From the IMG/VR virus record IMGVR_UViG_3300010340_000454, positions 50,430-114,429 of that record: a DNA stretch of 64,000 nt; one strand, given 5' to 3'. Below are positions 19,120-28,781 of the stretch, piece after piece (positions within the stretch are counted from its first letter, which is position 1; each line of letters begins with the position of its first letter). Source of the stretch: a virus. Its lineage: Duplodnaviria; Caudoviricetes. The notes beneath the pieces are model-generated. The model saw only the letters and a list, made by a program, of their open reading frames with translations. It was not told where the DNA came from and ran no database searches. The position numbers and the translations under genes are program-made.

Positions 19120-19586
19120 AAACGTTAGAACTAGCCAAGAAAGCCGTAGAACGTTTAGCGGAAACTGCGGTTACCCAGAAGCAGTTTGACGCTTGGAATT
19201 CTACTAAGAAGAGACAGTGGCTTAAGGATCATCCTACGAGTAAGTTCGGAAAGCCTACGGATAAACCTATAGATAAGTACACCTCTAAGAGTGATTCACT
19301 AAAAAATGAAATTTCAGGCTTACGAAAGCAACAGCAACTTTTAAAGTCTAAGATGCGAGCCTTAAATAGAAAAATTAACCTACTAGAAAAAGATACAACT
19401 ATAGACGATGATACCGCAGTAAAAAAGATTGACCGTTATTACGATACTATCCATGAATTGCAGAATAAGGAAGAGTCTATTAGTGCCCGTATCAAAAAGT
19501 TAGAGTCTGCTCTAGTAAAAGGGCGACACATCCGCTCCGATAGTAAGGGACTTTTTTATCACAGAAATGATGATAAATTCAAATAA
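19116..19586 (+). CDS. Leader-bearing basic protein 6
   Basis: MKTLELAKKAVERLAETA + VTQKQFDAWNSTKKRQWLKDHPTSKFGK. Confidence 0.85.
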   Translation: MKTLELAKKAVERLAETAVTQKQFDAWNSTKKRQWLKDHPTSKFGKPTDKPIDKYTSKSDSLKNEISGLRKQQQLLKSKMRALNRKINLLEKDTTIDDDTAVKKIDRYYDTIHELQNKEESISARIKKLESALVKGRHIRSDSKGLFYHRNDDKFK

Positions 19587-19611
19587 TCCCTAATGACCTA
19601 AAACACAATAA

Positions 19612-19618
19612 TGTAAAG
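19612..19618 (+). promoter_or_regulatory. TGTAAAG motif, candidate phage promoter element
   Basis: Intergenic, 30 nt upstream of the next start; recurs upstream of several replication genes. Confidence 0.35.
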
Positions 19619-19648
19619 TGTCTTGATAACTTGAATAGGTAACGTATT

Positions 19649-20044
19649 GTGAACAAGAAACGAATCCTAGAATTGGCAGAAGAGTCAAAGCCAGCCAGAA
19701 CTTCCATGGAACGCTTGCAAGATTACGTCCAGAAATTGGAAGATTTAATTTCCGACTTGGTAGTTAGGACTCCTGAGAAAGCAGACAAGGAAATCCAATC
19801 TATACTTGCTGGCCTGAACAATATACGTGACAACTATATTCTAGATATTAAAGTAACGAAAGATTATTCTCCTAGTTTCTTTACTAAGGAACCTGACGTG
19901 GAATTTAAAAAGAAACTAGCAAGGAACCTATTAGTATATATGAATGGCAGGTTCAACGGGAAGTATAAAAACGCTTTGCTAGAAGGTATAGCTAGCGAAG
20001 ACCTAAACTACATGGAATACTTACAAACTTTGTTCACGGAGTAA
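19649..20044 (+). CDS. Hypothetical protein
   Basis: ORF with GTG start. Confidence 0.55.
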   Translation: MNKKRILELAEESKPARTSMERLQDYVQKLEDLISDLVVRTPEKADKEIQSILAGLNNIRDNYILDIKVTKDYSPSFFTKEPDVEFKKKLARNLLVYMNGRFNGKYKNALLEGIASEDLNYMEYLQTLFTE

Positions 20045-20049
20045 ACCAG

Positions 20050-23000
20050 ATGCAAACTTTGATCGCACGTACCCCAGTGACTGCCGCTGACGCTGGTATA
20101 CTGAGGCCTACTTTCGGTGTAGATTTTTCTGCATTCGGTACAAAGGGTGCCGATGTACGTAAGATGCCTGCAGCGGTTCCAGGAACTTTTTTAGACTTGC
20201 TTACCCCAGCCGTATCTGCCAAGAAACGTGACCGTTATTCGTTCACCCCTAAGGGGCTTACCCAAGTCTTTGGCCGCGCGTTAGCCCGAGACTTGGCTGG
20301 TGCTATACTTCCTGACGACAAGCGTTCTGACCTGGAGATTACTAAGTTCTTTGACGAAGAGGAACTGCGTAAACTTTACACAGGTGTTACACCTTCGTTA
20401 GCAAAGCTAGTTCGCGTAAAGCGCGAAGGCAATAGCTGGATGCTCTCTTTGCCTATCCTTGCCATTAACCTAAGCTCTTTGATTAGAGACTGCATGAAAC
20501 CGTATGAAGGCGAACCAACTTCTTACGTAGCTGCTGAACTTAACCGAATAGCTACATACGTTCTCCCTACGCTACGTGCCTTAGGGTGGCGTTTCGATAG
20601 CGCTCAAGTTAAATTCGATATTCCTAAGAATCGAGTCGGTACCTCACTTCACGGTGACTACTTACAGGCTAATCAATTCTTTACTAAATACGTTAGAGGG
20701 TTTAGTGTCGAAGGAAATCACAAGGCAGCTTTTATCCGCACCCGTAATGGAGATGCGGCAACTACACTTGCGGAAGTTCCTATAGGCGAACCTGAAACGC
20801 TAGGAGCATTTATTAGAGGTGCGATGGAAACAAACTACATCGTTTACGCTAATGTTTTCCTGCCAGATGAAGAAGCTCCTTATTACTTTCAACAGCCTTC
20901 TGATGATGTTAAGCCGGGCACTGTTCTGGATTTTTTCTATCGCTGGTATCGTTATGCGTTCACTACTAAGATAGAGTTGCCTACATTTACTCACCCTATT
21001 TCGGCACCCGTTAAGAAAAATGCAGCGTTTACGCCGCGCCCGAGAACCAACAACATCGGGCTTGTCCTAACTAATAGGAATACTTTGCTTTATGTGCCCA
21101 ACGACGCTAATGAGCTAGAAGCTTTTGAAGCTAGCTACTCTGAGCTAGCGGAAGCCGAAGAAGGTTATTACACTATCTCCAATAAAGGTGCAGCGGGCAA
21201 GAGTTCCAACATCACACACCGACTGCTGTACGTTGACTGGGTAAGCAACAAAATTATGTTTACCGGCGACACCCCTAACATCCAGACCATAGACCTGGAA
21301 GCAACCTACAAGCCTAGCGCTGCTTCTATTGTTAAGCGATTGCTATGGACCTTTAGCTTCGATACCATTAACACCATTGTTGCACCTATTGCAGCACGAA
21401 ATAAAAAGGTGTTTGGCCAGGAAGATAGTCTAAAAAACTTTGCTTCCGCCGCTGAAATAGACAACCTAATAAATACACTTGTTTCTATTAACAATGTTTC
21501 AGGTAGAGCTTTTGCCCGAAGCGTACACGCTGACATGACTATTGAGGCATATTCGCTTGCTGCGCTTTCCTTCTTGTTCGACATTAACGAAGGCGGGAAT
21601 AAGCGCTATAACGAAACTATTACAGCCGAGTTTACCTCTTATCCTGTACAGTTGCGTGATATTGTAACTAACTCGGCAAATCCTCTACTTATTCCTATTG
21701 CTCGCTGGATTAAAGAAACCCATACTAAGGTAATGAAAGACCCGCTAAACTACATAAATAGTTGCGGAACTTCTCCTGCGGCCACTATGGAACACCTAGG
21801 TTTCCTTCTGCTGTTCAACGAAGCCGTAAAGTTTAAAGAATTAAAGATTGAAGACTACAACGAGCGCAAGGTTTACTTTGAACAGGATGAGTTGGACGAA
21901 GACTACGTACCTGCATTCAAAAATTCTGACGGCGTAGAAAAGCTGCTCCCTCACCAGGCCAAAGTCCTAAACGCCAATAGAAAAATTCCTAAGTTTTCTA
22001 TTATTGCAGTGGCAGCAGGCGGTGGTAAAACCATTATAGCTATCGAAGACATTATGAGGGCACTAGAAGAGGGGATAGTAAAGAAGCCTCTCGTAATTTG
22101 TCCTTCCTACCTTATGAAAGACTACGTAGCGGAAGTAAACTATGTATCCCAAGGTAAAACTAACGTTGTGGTATTTGACACCTCCGTTTTCAACGCTTAC
22201 TCCAAGACTCCTGATACTTTTACAACGGGTCAGCGGGACTACTCTAAGCTGAAGGCTCTAGTAGATAACGCCCCTATTAACACTATCTATGTTACTGGAT
22301 ATGACACGTATGCTAGGTCAGGTAATCAATCCTCGGTGTACGGTGGGGAACTCGTATACTCTAATAGTCATATTGAGTTTATGCGGTCGTGTAATTTCGA
22401 CGGCGTTTGGATGGATGAATCGCACTTCCTAAAAGCATCGGGCTCCAATCGAGCTATCGCGACCGAGACACTTATCGCCGAGATTCCGTACAAGAGATTG
22501 CTGACAGGAACCATAGCGCCTAATAGCCTTGTGGATTTGGTTAGACAGGTTAGTTATTTCAGCCCAGACATTTTAGGTAGCGAATCAGAGTTCCGCGTAC
22601 GCTTCTCAGAAGATGGTTCGGACTCAGGCGCTTTTGTGGCTAGAAAAGGTGCGGAGTATGAAATTTTTAAGGAGCTAAAGAATCAGGTTGTGTTCCAAAA
22701 CGTGCAGCGTAAGGAATGGGCAGCTTTGCTCCCTCGTATGCACGAACACTTTATACCTGCTTATCTAACGTCTAACCAAAAGAAAGTGTACGATATTCTT
22801 ATCGGCGATATGGTGGACAAAATGTCCTCAGACTCTGAGGTTAAGACTTTTCTTAAGGAAGAACAGTCCGCAGACGTAGGAGACGCAGACGATATTGAAC
22901 ACGTTTTTGAGAACTACGAGGAAAATCTATCTGCTATAGAATCTTTCTTGGCTTCCCCTATGTCTACACCTATGTCAGAAGAAATGCTAGTTAGCCCTGA

Positions 23001-24915
23001 AGATCGTGTTTCCCCTAAAGGGAAAGAAGTTTTAGAGATTATCAGAACGCACTTATCTAATCCAACGCAGTACCCAGGCAAGATTATAGTTTTTTGTAAT
23101 ACTTACGCCTCGGTTGAGGGTATTTTCCGACAGTTCCCTCCTGAAATTCAGGCTGTTACGGTTAAATACTCCGCAGAAACAAAGACGGAAGATGAAGCTG
23201 AATTTAAGACTAACCCTAAGAAACGTGTGATTATAGGCATTTCGCAGTCTATGGAGACAGGCTTGAACCTGCAGATTGCGGATACTTTGATTCGCGTGGA
23301 TAATGTGTGGAGCCCAGGTCGCTTTGAACAAGGCCTTGCACGAGTGAACCGCCCTAATCTAAAAGACAAAGGCGGCGACCCTCGTATGAAGACGGGCATC
23401 CACATGTACTACATTATGGTCGACCGCACTATCGACGTCCTAAAGACAGCGCGACTGACCTCTAAGACTGTGCAAATTGCCAAATTCTATAACGCAGGCA
23501 CTGAGGACTATGTCCACTATGAGAACATAGGGTTTAATGCGGACGGAACACCTTTAGAGCCTATACGGGTCTCCATGGAAAACTTGAGACATGGACTAAC
23601 CTATAGCGAAGACCTAATGCCTTATATGGAAGCCTACGAGCAGTATAGAGAGGCCGAAGATACTGTGTTTGACGAGTATCAGAAAGCTCACCCTGAGCTT
23701 GTTCCTGTTGAGGTAAAACACACGGGTCTGCTAAAAGGCTCTAAGCTGCTAACACGTATCCCGTACACTCCAGGCATGTCTATTTTTGCTGCTGACAAGC
23801 TGGGTCTTGTACCTTACCCAACCTATAAGCGCCAATTCATAGAAAAGTACGGGGAAGCTCGGTGGGACCCGTCTAACCTTCCAGTACACACGGAATATGG
23901 TGAAGGGAATATAGGCAATGCCCGAGTAAACCATATTAGCGTACATTTGACCTCCGGCGGTACTGCTAACTTACAACCTTCCGTTATTTTTGTTATTACT
24001 AAGAAAGTAACGTCTACGAAGGAAATCCGACAGACACTCGCTGATATTGTTGGACTAGAAGGCTTAGAAATTCAGCTAGAAAACTTTAGAGTAGAGAAAC
24101 GCAAAGCACGAAAAGAGGCAAGGGAGCAAAGGTTAGCACAACGCGAGCTTGAGAAGCAAATGCGCTTAGCCGAACGTCAAAAGCGTAAGGAAGAAAAGCT
24201 ACAGCCTACTGAAGTAGTGCGTGAGGACAAGCGCCGTAAGAAAGACGCGGAAGAGGAAATGATCGCGCCTGCTGACATGGAGGAGAACAGCACTATTAGT
24301 CTCTACCTGACTCTTACTAACGACATGATTTCCTTAGCGACCTCCGCAGACGACCCTGACGCTAACTACAGGGAACTGAAACCTTACGGGTTCAACCTAG
24401 TACGCCCCTATTGGTATCTTGAGTTGAAACAGGCAGCCGCGCTAGACACCTTTATTGACAAGCTAGATCAAATGTCGCAGAAAGGAACTATTGTTATCAA
24501 TGATAAATACTTCTACATGTTGGAAGACATTTATAATGAGTTCAAACAAGGTAGAAGCAAGCTACTACAGGTGTCTCAACGAACCACTACAGAAATTGGT
24601 CACTTCCTTATAGACCGTCGCCGTAAGATTACAAATCCGCTAGAGATTCGCCCTGTTCCTATGATCGTAGATGGTAGTCTATACATCTGTATGGATACGC
24701 TCATTCACAATCCCGCTATTGTTCAAAAGGTTAAGCGTATTCAGGTCCCTGGAGTTAAGTGGGAACTGCAAGATGATGCACTGATAGCCTTCTTCACTAG
24801 AAAGTCGGAAGTTATGAGCACAGTCAAGGAGCTTAAGGCAGACGGCTTCATTATTGAAAACGAAGCGGAGCTTAAGGAAGCATACAATCAACTTAAAGTA
24901 AGAGGCGTAAAATGA
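20050..24915 (+). CDS. Large SNF2-like SF2 helicase/ATPase (1621 aa)
   Basis: LLPHQ, AAGGGKT, LVICP, MDESHFLK, LLTGT, ETGLNLQ and QGLARVNR motifs. Confidence 0.85.
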   Translation: MQTLIARTPVTAADAGILRPTFGVDFSAFGTKGADVRKMPAAVPGTFLDLLTPAVSAKKRDRYSFTPKGLTQVFGRALARDLAGAILPDDKRSDLEITKFFDEEELRKLYTGVTPSLAKLVRVKREGNSWMLSLPILAINLSSLIRDCMKPYEGEPTSYVAAELNRIATYVLPTLRALGWRFDSAQVKFDIPKNRVGTSLHGDYLQANQFFTKYVRGFSVEGNHKAAFIRTRNGDAATTLAEVPIGEPETLGAFIRGAMETNYIVYANVFLPDEEAPYYFQQPSDDVKPGTVLDFFYRWYRYAFTTKIELPTFTHPISAPVKKNAAFTPRPRTNNIGLVLTNRNTLLYVPNDANELEAFEASYSELAEAEEGYYTISNKGAAGKSSNITHRLLYVDWVSNKIMFTGDTPNIQTIDLEATYKPSAASIVKRLLWTFSFDTINTIVAPIAARNKKVFGQEDSLKNFASAAEIDNLINTLVSINNVSGRAFARSVHADMTIEAYSLAALSFLFDINEGGNKRYNETITAEFTSYPVQLRDIVTNSANPLLIPIARWIKETHTKVMKDPLNYINSCGTSPAATMEHLGFLLLFNEAVKFKELKIEDYNERKVYFEQDELDEDYVPAFKNSDGVEKLLPHQAKVLNANRKIPKFSIIAVAAGGGKTIIAIEDIMRALEEGIVKKPLVICPSYLMKDYVAEVNYVSQGKTNVVVFDTSVFNAYSKTPDTFTTGQRDYSKLKALVDNAPINTIYVTGYDTYARSGNQSSVYGGELVYSNSHIEFMRSCNFDGVWMDESHFLKASGSNRAIATETLIAEIPYKRLLTGTIAPNSLVDLVRQVSYFSPDILGSESEFRVRFSEDGSDSGAFVARKGAEYEIFKELKNQVVFQNVQRKEWAALLPRMHEHFIPAYLTSNQKKVYDILIGDMVDKMSSDSEVKTFLKEEQSADVGDADDIEHVFENYEENLSAIESFLASPMSTPMSEEMLVSPEDRVSPKGKEVLEIIRTHLSNPTQYPGKIIVFCNTYASVEGIFRQFPPEIQAVTVKYSAETKTEDEAEFKTNPKKRVIIGISQSMETGLNLQIADTLIRVDNVWSPGRFEQGLARVNRPNLKDKGGDPRMKTGIHMYYIMVDRTIDVLKTARLTSKTVQIAKFYNAGTEDYVHYENIGFNADGTPLEPIRVSMENLRHGLTYSEDLMPYMEAYEQYREAEDTVFDEYQKAHPELVPVEVKHTGLLKGSKLLTRIPYTPGMSIFAADKLGLVPYPTYKRQFIEKYGEARWDPSNLPVHTEYGEGNIGNARVNHISVHLTSGGTANLQPSVIFVITKKVTSTKEIRQTLADIVGLEGLEIQLENFRVEKRKARKEAREQRLAQRELEKQMRLAERQKRKEEKLQPTEVVREDKRRKKDAEEEMIAPADMEENSTISLYLTLTNDMISLATSADDPDANYRELKPYGFNLVRPYWYLELKQAAALDTFIDKLDQMSQKGTIVINDKYFYMLEDIYNEFKQGRSKLLQVSQRTTTEIGHFLIDRRRKITNPLEIRPVPMIVDGSLYICMDTLIHNPAIVQKVKRIQVPGVKWELQDDALIAFFTRKSEVMSTVKELKADGFIIENEAELKEAYNQLKVRGVK

Positions 24916-25463
24916 AAAAAGTTTCCCCCGACGTGGTACTAAAGATTCAAATTTTTCTGAAGGAAGCCAGCATTTTTTACGGTGTTCCTTCAGAATCTTG
25001 GAGTGCTCAAGCTATAAACGCCCTTAAGGAGTACCGGAGACGTAAGGGAACTAAGTTTCCTAACTATACAACGATGCCGGGTAGTGTCGAAGAATTGCCT
25101 GAAGAGTTGCAAAAATACATTCAGGACAAGGAAGGCGCCTCTAATGTCGAGGTGGTAGGTGAGGACGAAGCTACGTCTGACACCCTTGAGCTTTCTTCAG
25201 ACCAACAGGCTTCGCTGCAACGCGCTATTGACTACGCTGAAAATAATCCTCCTAAGGAAACTACAGGTGAAGACCTGGAGGAATTATTTAAGGGTGAGCC
25301 TACTGAAGAGAAGGATGAAGCGAGCGACAACATTGAAATCGTTACTAAGGTTGCGGCTACTGAGCCTGTAAAGCAGGAAAGCGCCCCTGAAGTAGCGGCT
25401 CAAGCGCCTGCTGCACCCATAGTCAATCCTACTTCTGCTTCTTCTAAAAAGAAGAGACGGTAA
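24912..25463 (+). CDS. Hypothetical protein; degenerate peptidoglycan-binding-like N-domain and acidic tail
   Basis: V.KIQ.FL.....YG.......A..AL..Y....G pattern. Confidence 0.4.
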   Translation: MKKVSPDVVLKIQIFLKEASIFYGVPSESWSAQAINALKEYRRRKGTKFPNYTTMPGSVEELPEELQKYIQDKEGASNVEVVGEDEATSDTLELSSDQQASLQRAIDYAENNPPKETTGEDLEELFKGEPTEEKDEASDNIEIVTKVAATEPVKQESAPEVAAQAPAAPIVNPTSASSKKKRR

Positions 25464-25497
25464 TACTGTTAAGTGTAGTATATAGCACACTAACATT

Positions 25498-25524
25498 AAG
25501 CCCTTACTAACCCTAAGGGCTTTT
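25498..25524 (+). terminator. Rho-independent terminator
   Basis: AAGCCCTTA-CTAACCC-TAAGGGCTT-TT. Confidence 0.65.
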
Positions 25525-25545
25525 CACCTGTAAAGGTACATTGGA

Positions 25546-28500
25546 ATGTTTGACTACGTTGAATACAGGGACTTTGAAAACAGAGTCCCTAAGTACTGGA
25601 AGTCTGTTTCTTCTAAATGCACGCCGTTCAACCTAAAGATTCCTGTTGAGAAAAAGTGGAGCAAGGCGTCTCGCAGGGTTCTTATTGTGGTTGGACACGT
25701 CGCGTCTGAGGACCTGAGTGCAGAACAACTGCTATCAGGAAATTCTAAAAAGGTTCTGGTTAATTGTTTCGAGTACGCTAAGAGGCTAGCCCAGCCTTAC
25801 GGATACGTAGAGGACAATTCCACAGCCTATGCAGCAATCAATTTCAATTTTTTCAAGAACTACCACCTATCAAATACAGATCGTACTAAGTCGGATTCAG
25901 ATGCAGCTAATAGAGTACGCGCCTACATACGCGAGGTCGACCCTACGCACATTCTTTGTTTGGGGGAAGAGCCGAGTTCCTCGTTGTTCGGTGACGACAT
26001 TAACTTGGTCTTGAATAAGAAAGGCTGGGTACACAAAATAAAAGTGGAAGGTCGCACTAGGACAGTAGTTACAACAATAGACTATAGTGAAGCAGTAATT
26101 AACTCTAATAAATCTTCTTCTTTCGAGGATGATGGTGGAGATAACGGCGAAGGGGCGTTGAAGGCTGCGTATACTCTAGGGTATCTATGCCGCAACATTC
26201 GCAACCTTCTGCTAGACCGAAATCCACATGACATTGGCCACATAAAAGTAAAGCCTTACCTAGTAGACACTATAGAAAAGTTTGACGAAATGATGAAAGA
26301 GTTGAAAGCAGCTAAAAAGATTGCTTTTGATACGGAAACTGCCAACCTAAATAAAATAGCTAACAAGTTGTTGGTTATGCAGTTCTCCACCACCTCAAAG
26401 CGCGGCTATATTCTTCCATACCTCCACAAAGACACTCCGTTTAACAAAGGCGAGCTAGACTATATTAGGAAAAAACTGCGTAAATTCTTTATGCAGAAAA
26501 AAGAAATGAGCCTTGACGAATACCTTATAATGTACAACGGCAAATTTGACTTGACTGTTGTAAAGCAGGCCTTAGGAATACCTTTTATATATTGGCCTGT
26601 ATACGATGCAATGGTTGGCGAACATACCCACGATGAAACCTTGCGGTTCATGGAAAATCAGTCTAGCACACCGCACGGTAACATGGCACAAACTTGCTGT
26701 ACTTATGGAAGCGCTTTCTATTTTGAAGCAGGTTTTTCCAAGAAAGATCGCGGTAATATGGAAGCAACCGACCTGTATGATAGGGACTTCCAAAAATACT
26801 GCGCTGCGGATACCCAGCTACTGCTAGCGGTGCACGACGAACAAGTATCTAGGGCCAAGCACTTGATACATAAAGAGAGCGGGGAATCGGTTTCTTTTAA
26901 GCAGGATTTCTTGCGCGTTGTTATCAATCAAATGTCTAACAATATACATGTGTTTGCTGCTATGGAACACCGCGGTGTCCACATGGATGCCAAGTACTTA
27001 TCCTTTATGAAAACCCGAGAGTCTCCTATATCTAAATCTATTACTGACCACATCAGAAACTTCAACAAAATTGAAGCTGTCCGAAAGGCCAACGATGCGC
27101 TTCTGGAAGATGAAGGCGAAGTACAGGAGGGAGGTCTGTTCAATATAACACCTTGGGTATTCGATATAGGTAAGCCTGCACATAAAGATAAATTATTCTT
27201 CGATATTCTAGGCCTCAAGGCACTCTCGTACGGTAAGAAAGGAACACCTAAACTAGATAAATCTTTCAAGAGCGCGTATGCTGACGTACCTGAAGTAGCT
27301 ATGCTAAACGACTTGGAAAAATTAAAGAAATTGAAGTCTTCCTACGTGGATGCTTTTGCCCGACAGCTTAATGAGCCTGACGGCAAAGTGGATATGAGAC
27401 TGCGCCCTATGTACGGATTCTTTAAGGTTCTGTCAGGGCGCTCCAACTCAGAGAAGCCTTCTTTGCAACAGGTTCCTCAGCACTCTGCCAACGCCAAGTA
27501 CATTAAGCGGATGTTTGCCCCTGAACAAGGCAAACTTATAGTTAAGATGGACTACTCCGCGCATGAAGTAAGAGGATGGTCTATTATTAGTCACGATAAA
27601 CTTCTAGCCGAGCTTTTCGCTATCGGTAGACGCATTCGCCAATCGTATAGGGCTACAGGTAAAAAGAAATATGCGCTTGAGCTTCAACTAAAGGGCGACG
27701 TTCACAAACTAAACGTGGAATTCTTCTTCGGTACGCCTATTGACAAGGTAACTAAGGAAGAACGTAACGCTATTAAAGGTGTGGTGTTCGGCGCTATCTA
27801 CGGTAAGTCCTATAAGACCTTGGCGAAAGACTTGAAAAAAGACGATAGTTTCACTAAGGATTTATACGACAGGTTCTTTGCTCGGTTCAAGAAAGCCGCA
27901 GCTTGGCTGGAATGGGCAAAAGCTTTCGGACAGAAGAACCTTTTTGTTAAGTCTGCTCTAGGTAGGCGTCGCCATCTTTTTGGTCATCTTATAGGAGATA
28001 AAGGCGTAAGCGCTGCTATGGATCGCCGCGCTATGAACTCACCTATTCAAGGTATGGGTGCAGATTTTGGTCACACTGGTTCGCGCATAACCGAAATGCA
28101 CTTGTATGAGTACCTACAAAAAGTAGGCGAACTAGACGAAGATTCAACACATTGCCCTATAGGAACCGAGATCATGGTGCATGACTCCATCTTCTCTAGC
28201 GCCCCACTAAAGCATATCTTGGCAACCGCCCAGATTATGCAATGGTGTACTACCCTGGGAGTGCAGGCATATTACGATAAGTACTTCGACCTGAAGTTTA
28301 CGGTGCCTGTAGAAATTGAAATGGAATTTGGCGCCTCTCAGGACGCTACCTACAAGTGGGACTGGTCTAACTCTGGTTATGATCCACAGATCCACGAATG
28401 GAACGAAGACTCTTTAGCATATCACGGGTACAAACTGAAATCCTATGACAAAGAGAGTGGCGCCTACAGAGTAAAGAAAGATGGCGAAACTTTGGAAGGC

Positions 28501-28707
28501 AAGGCTATTAAAGACGGTTTCTTTTCTATAGAAGAAGCTATACGCTTGTCTCTGCAGGATCATGCTAAAATTTATCCTGACCTTGACCCAGAAAAAGAGT
28601 TCAAACGTGTGTTTAAGGATTGGGAAATAAGCAAGACCAAAAAGTATCTGGACAAGCACTATCCAATCCTAGACAACTATAAGGAAGAGTATAAGGAGTG
28701 CGTCTAA
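25546..28707 (+). CDS. Family A DNA polymerase with N-terminal UDG-like domain and 3'-5' exonuclease
   Basis: ExoI FDTET, ExoII YNGKFD, ExoIII YCAAD; motif A DYSAHEVR, motif B RNAIKGVVFGAIYG, motif C VHDS. Confidence 0.95.
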   Translation: MFDYVEYRDFENRVPKYWKSVSSKCTPFNLKIPVEKKWSKASRRVLIVVGHVASEDLSAEQLLSGNSKKVLVNCFEYAKRLAQPYGYVEDNSTAYAAINFNFFKNYHLSNTDRTKSDSDAANRVRAYIREVDPTHILCLGEEPSSSLFGDDINLVLNKKGWVHKIKVEGRTRTVVTTIDYSEAVINSNKSSSFEDDGGDNGEGALKAAYTLGYLCRNIRNLLLDRNPHDIGHIKVKPYLVDTIEKFDEMMKELKAAKKIAFDTETANLNKIANKLLVMQFSTTSKRGYILPYLHKDTPFNKGELDYIRKKLRKFFMQKKEMSLDEYLIMYNGKFDLTVVKQALGIPFIYWPVYDAMVGEHTHDETLRFMENQSSTPHGNMAQTCCTYGSAFYFEAGFSKKDRGNMEATDLYDRDFQKYCAADTQLLLAVHDEQVSRAKHLIHKESGESVSFKQDFLRVVINQMSNNIHVFAAMEHRGVHMDAKYLSFMKTRESPISKSITDHIRNFNKIEAVRKANDALLEDEGEVQEGGLFNITPWVFDIGKPAHKDKLFFDILGLKALSYGKKGTPKLDKSFKSAYADVPEVAMLNDLEKLKKLKSSYVDAFARQLNEPDGKVDMRLRPMYGFFKVLSGRSNSEKPSLQQVPQHSANAKYIKRMFAPEQGKLIVKMDYSAHEVRGWSIISHDKLLAELFAIGRRIRQSYRATGKKKYALELQLKGDVHKLNVEFFFGTPIDKVTKEERNAIKGVVFGAIYGKSYKTLAKDLKKDDSFTKDLYDRFFARFKKAAAWLEWAKAFGQKNLFVKSALGRRRHLFGHLIGDKGVSAAMDRRAMNSPIQGMGADFGHTGSRITEMHLYEYLQKVGELDEDSTHCPIGTEIMVHDSIFSSAPLKHILATAQIMQWCTTLGVQAYYDKYFDLKFTVPVEIEMEFGASQDATYKWDWSNSGYDPQIHEWNEDSLAYHGYKLKSYDKESGAYRVKKDGETLEGKAIKDGFFSIEEAIRLSLQDHAKIYPDLDPEKEFKRVFKDWEISKTKKYLDKHYPILDNYKEEYKECV

Positions 28708-28746
28708 ATTCTTTATACTCTACCAAGTAGGCATGTATAAGACTAC

Positions 28747-28753
28747 TGTAAAG
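28747..28753 (+). promoter_or_regulatory. TGTAAAG motif, candidate phage promoter element
   Basis: Intergenic, 28 nt upstream of the queE-like ATG. Confidence 0.35.
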
Positions 28754-28781
28754 TTAAGGATATACTCATGGGAGTAGACCA

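Noticed and set aside
15855-19260. CRISPR array, shufflon or diversity-generating retroelement as the cause of the repeats
   Set aside because: Repeats are in-frame coding 5' ends with synonymous divergence, irregularly spaced and all in direct orientation; no invertase or reverse transcriptase, and no adenine-specific variation
14205-19586. Leader interpreted as a Sec/Tat signal peptide
   Set aside because: It is charged and amphipathic, with no hydrophobic core and no twin-arginine consensus
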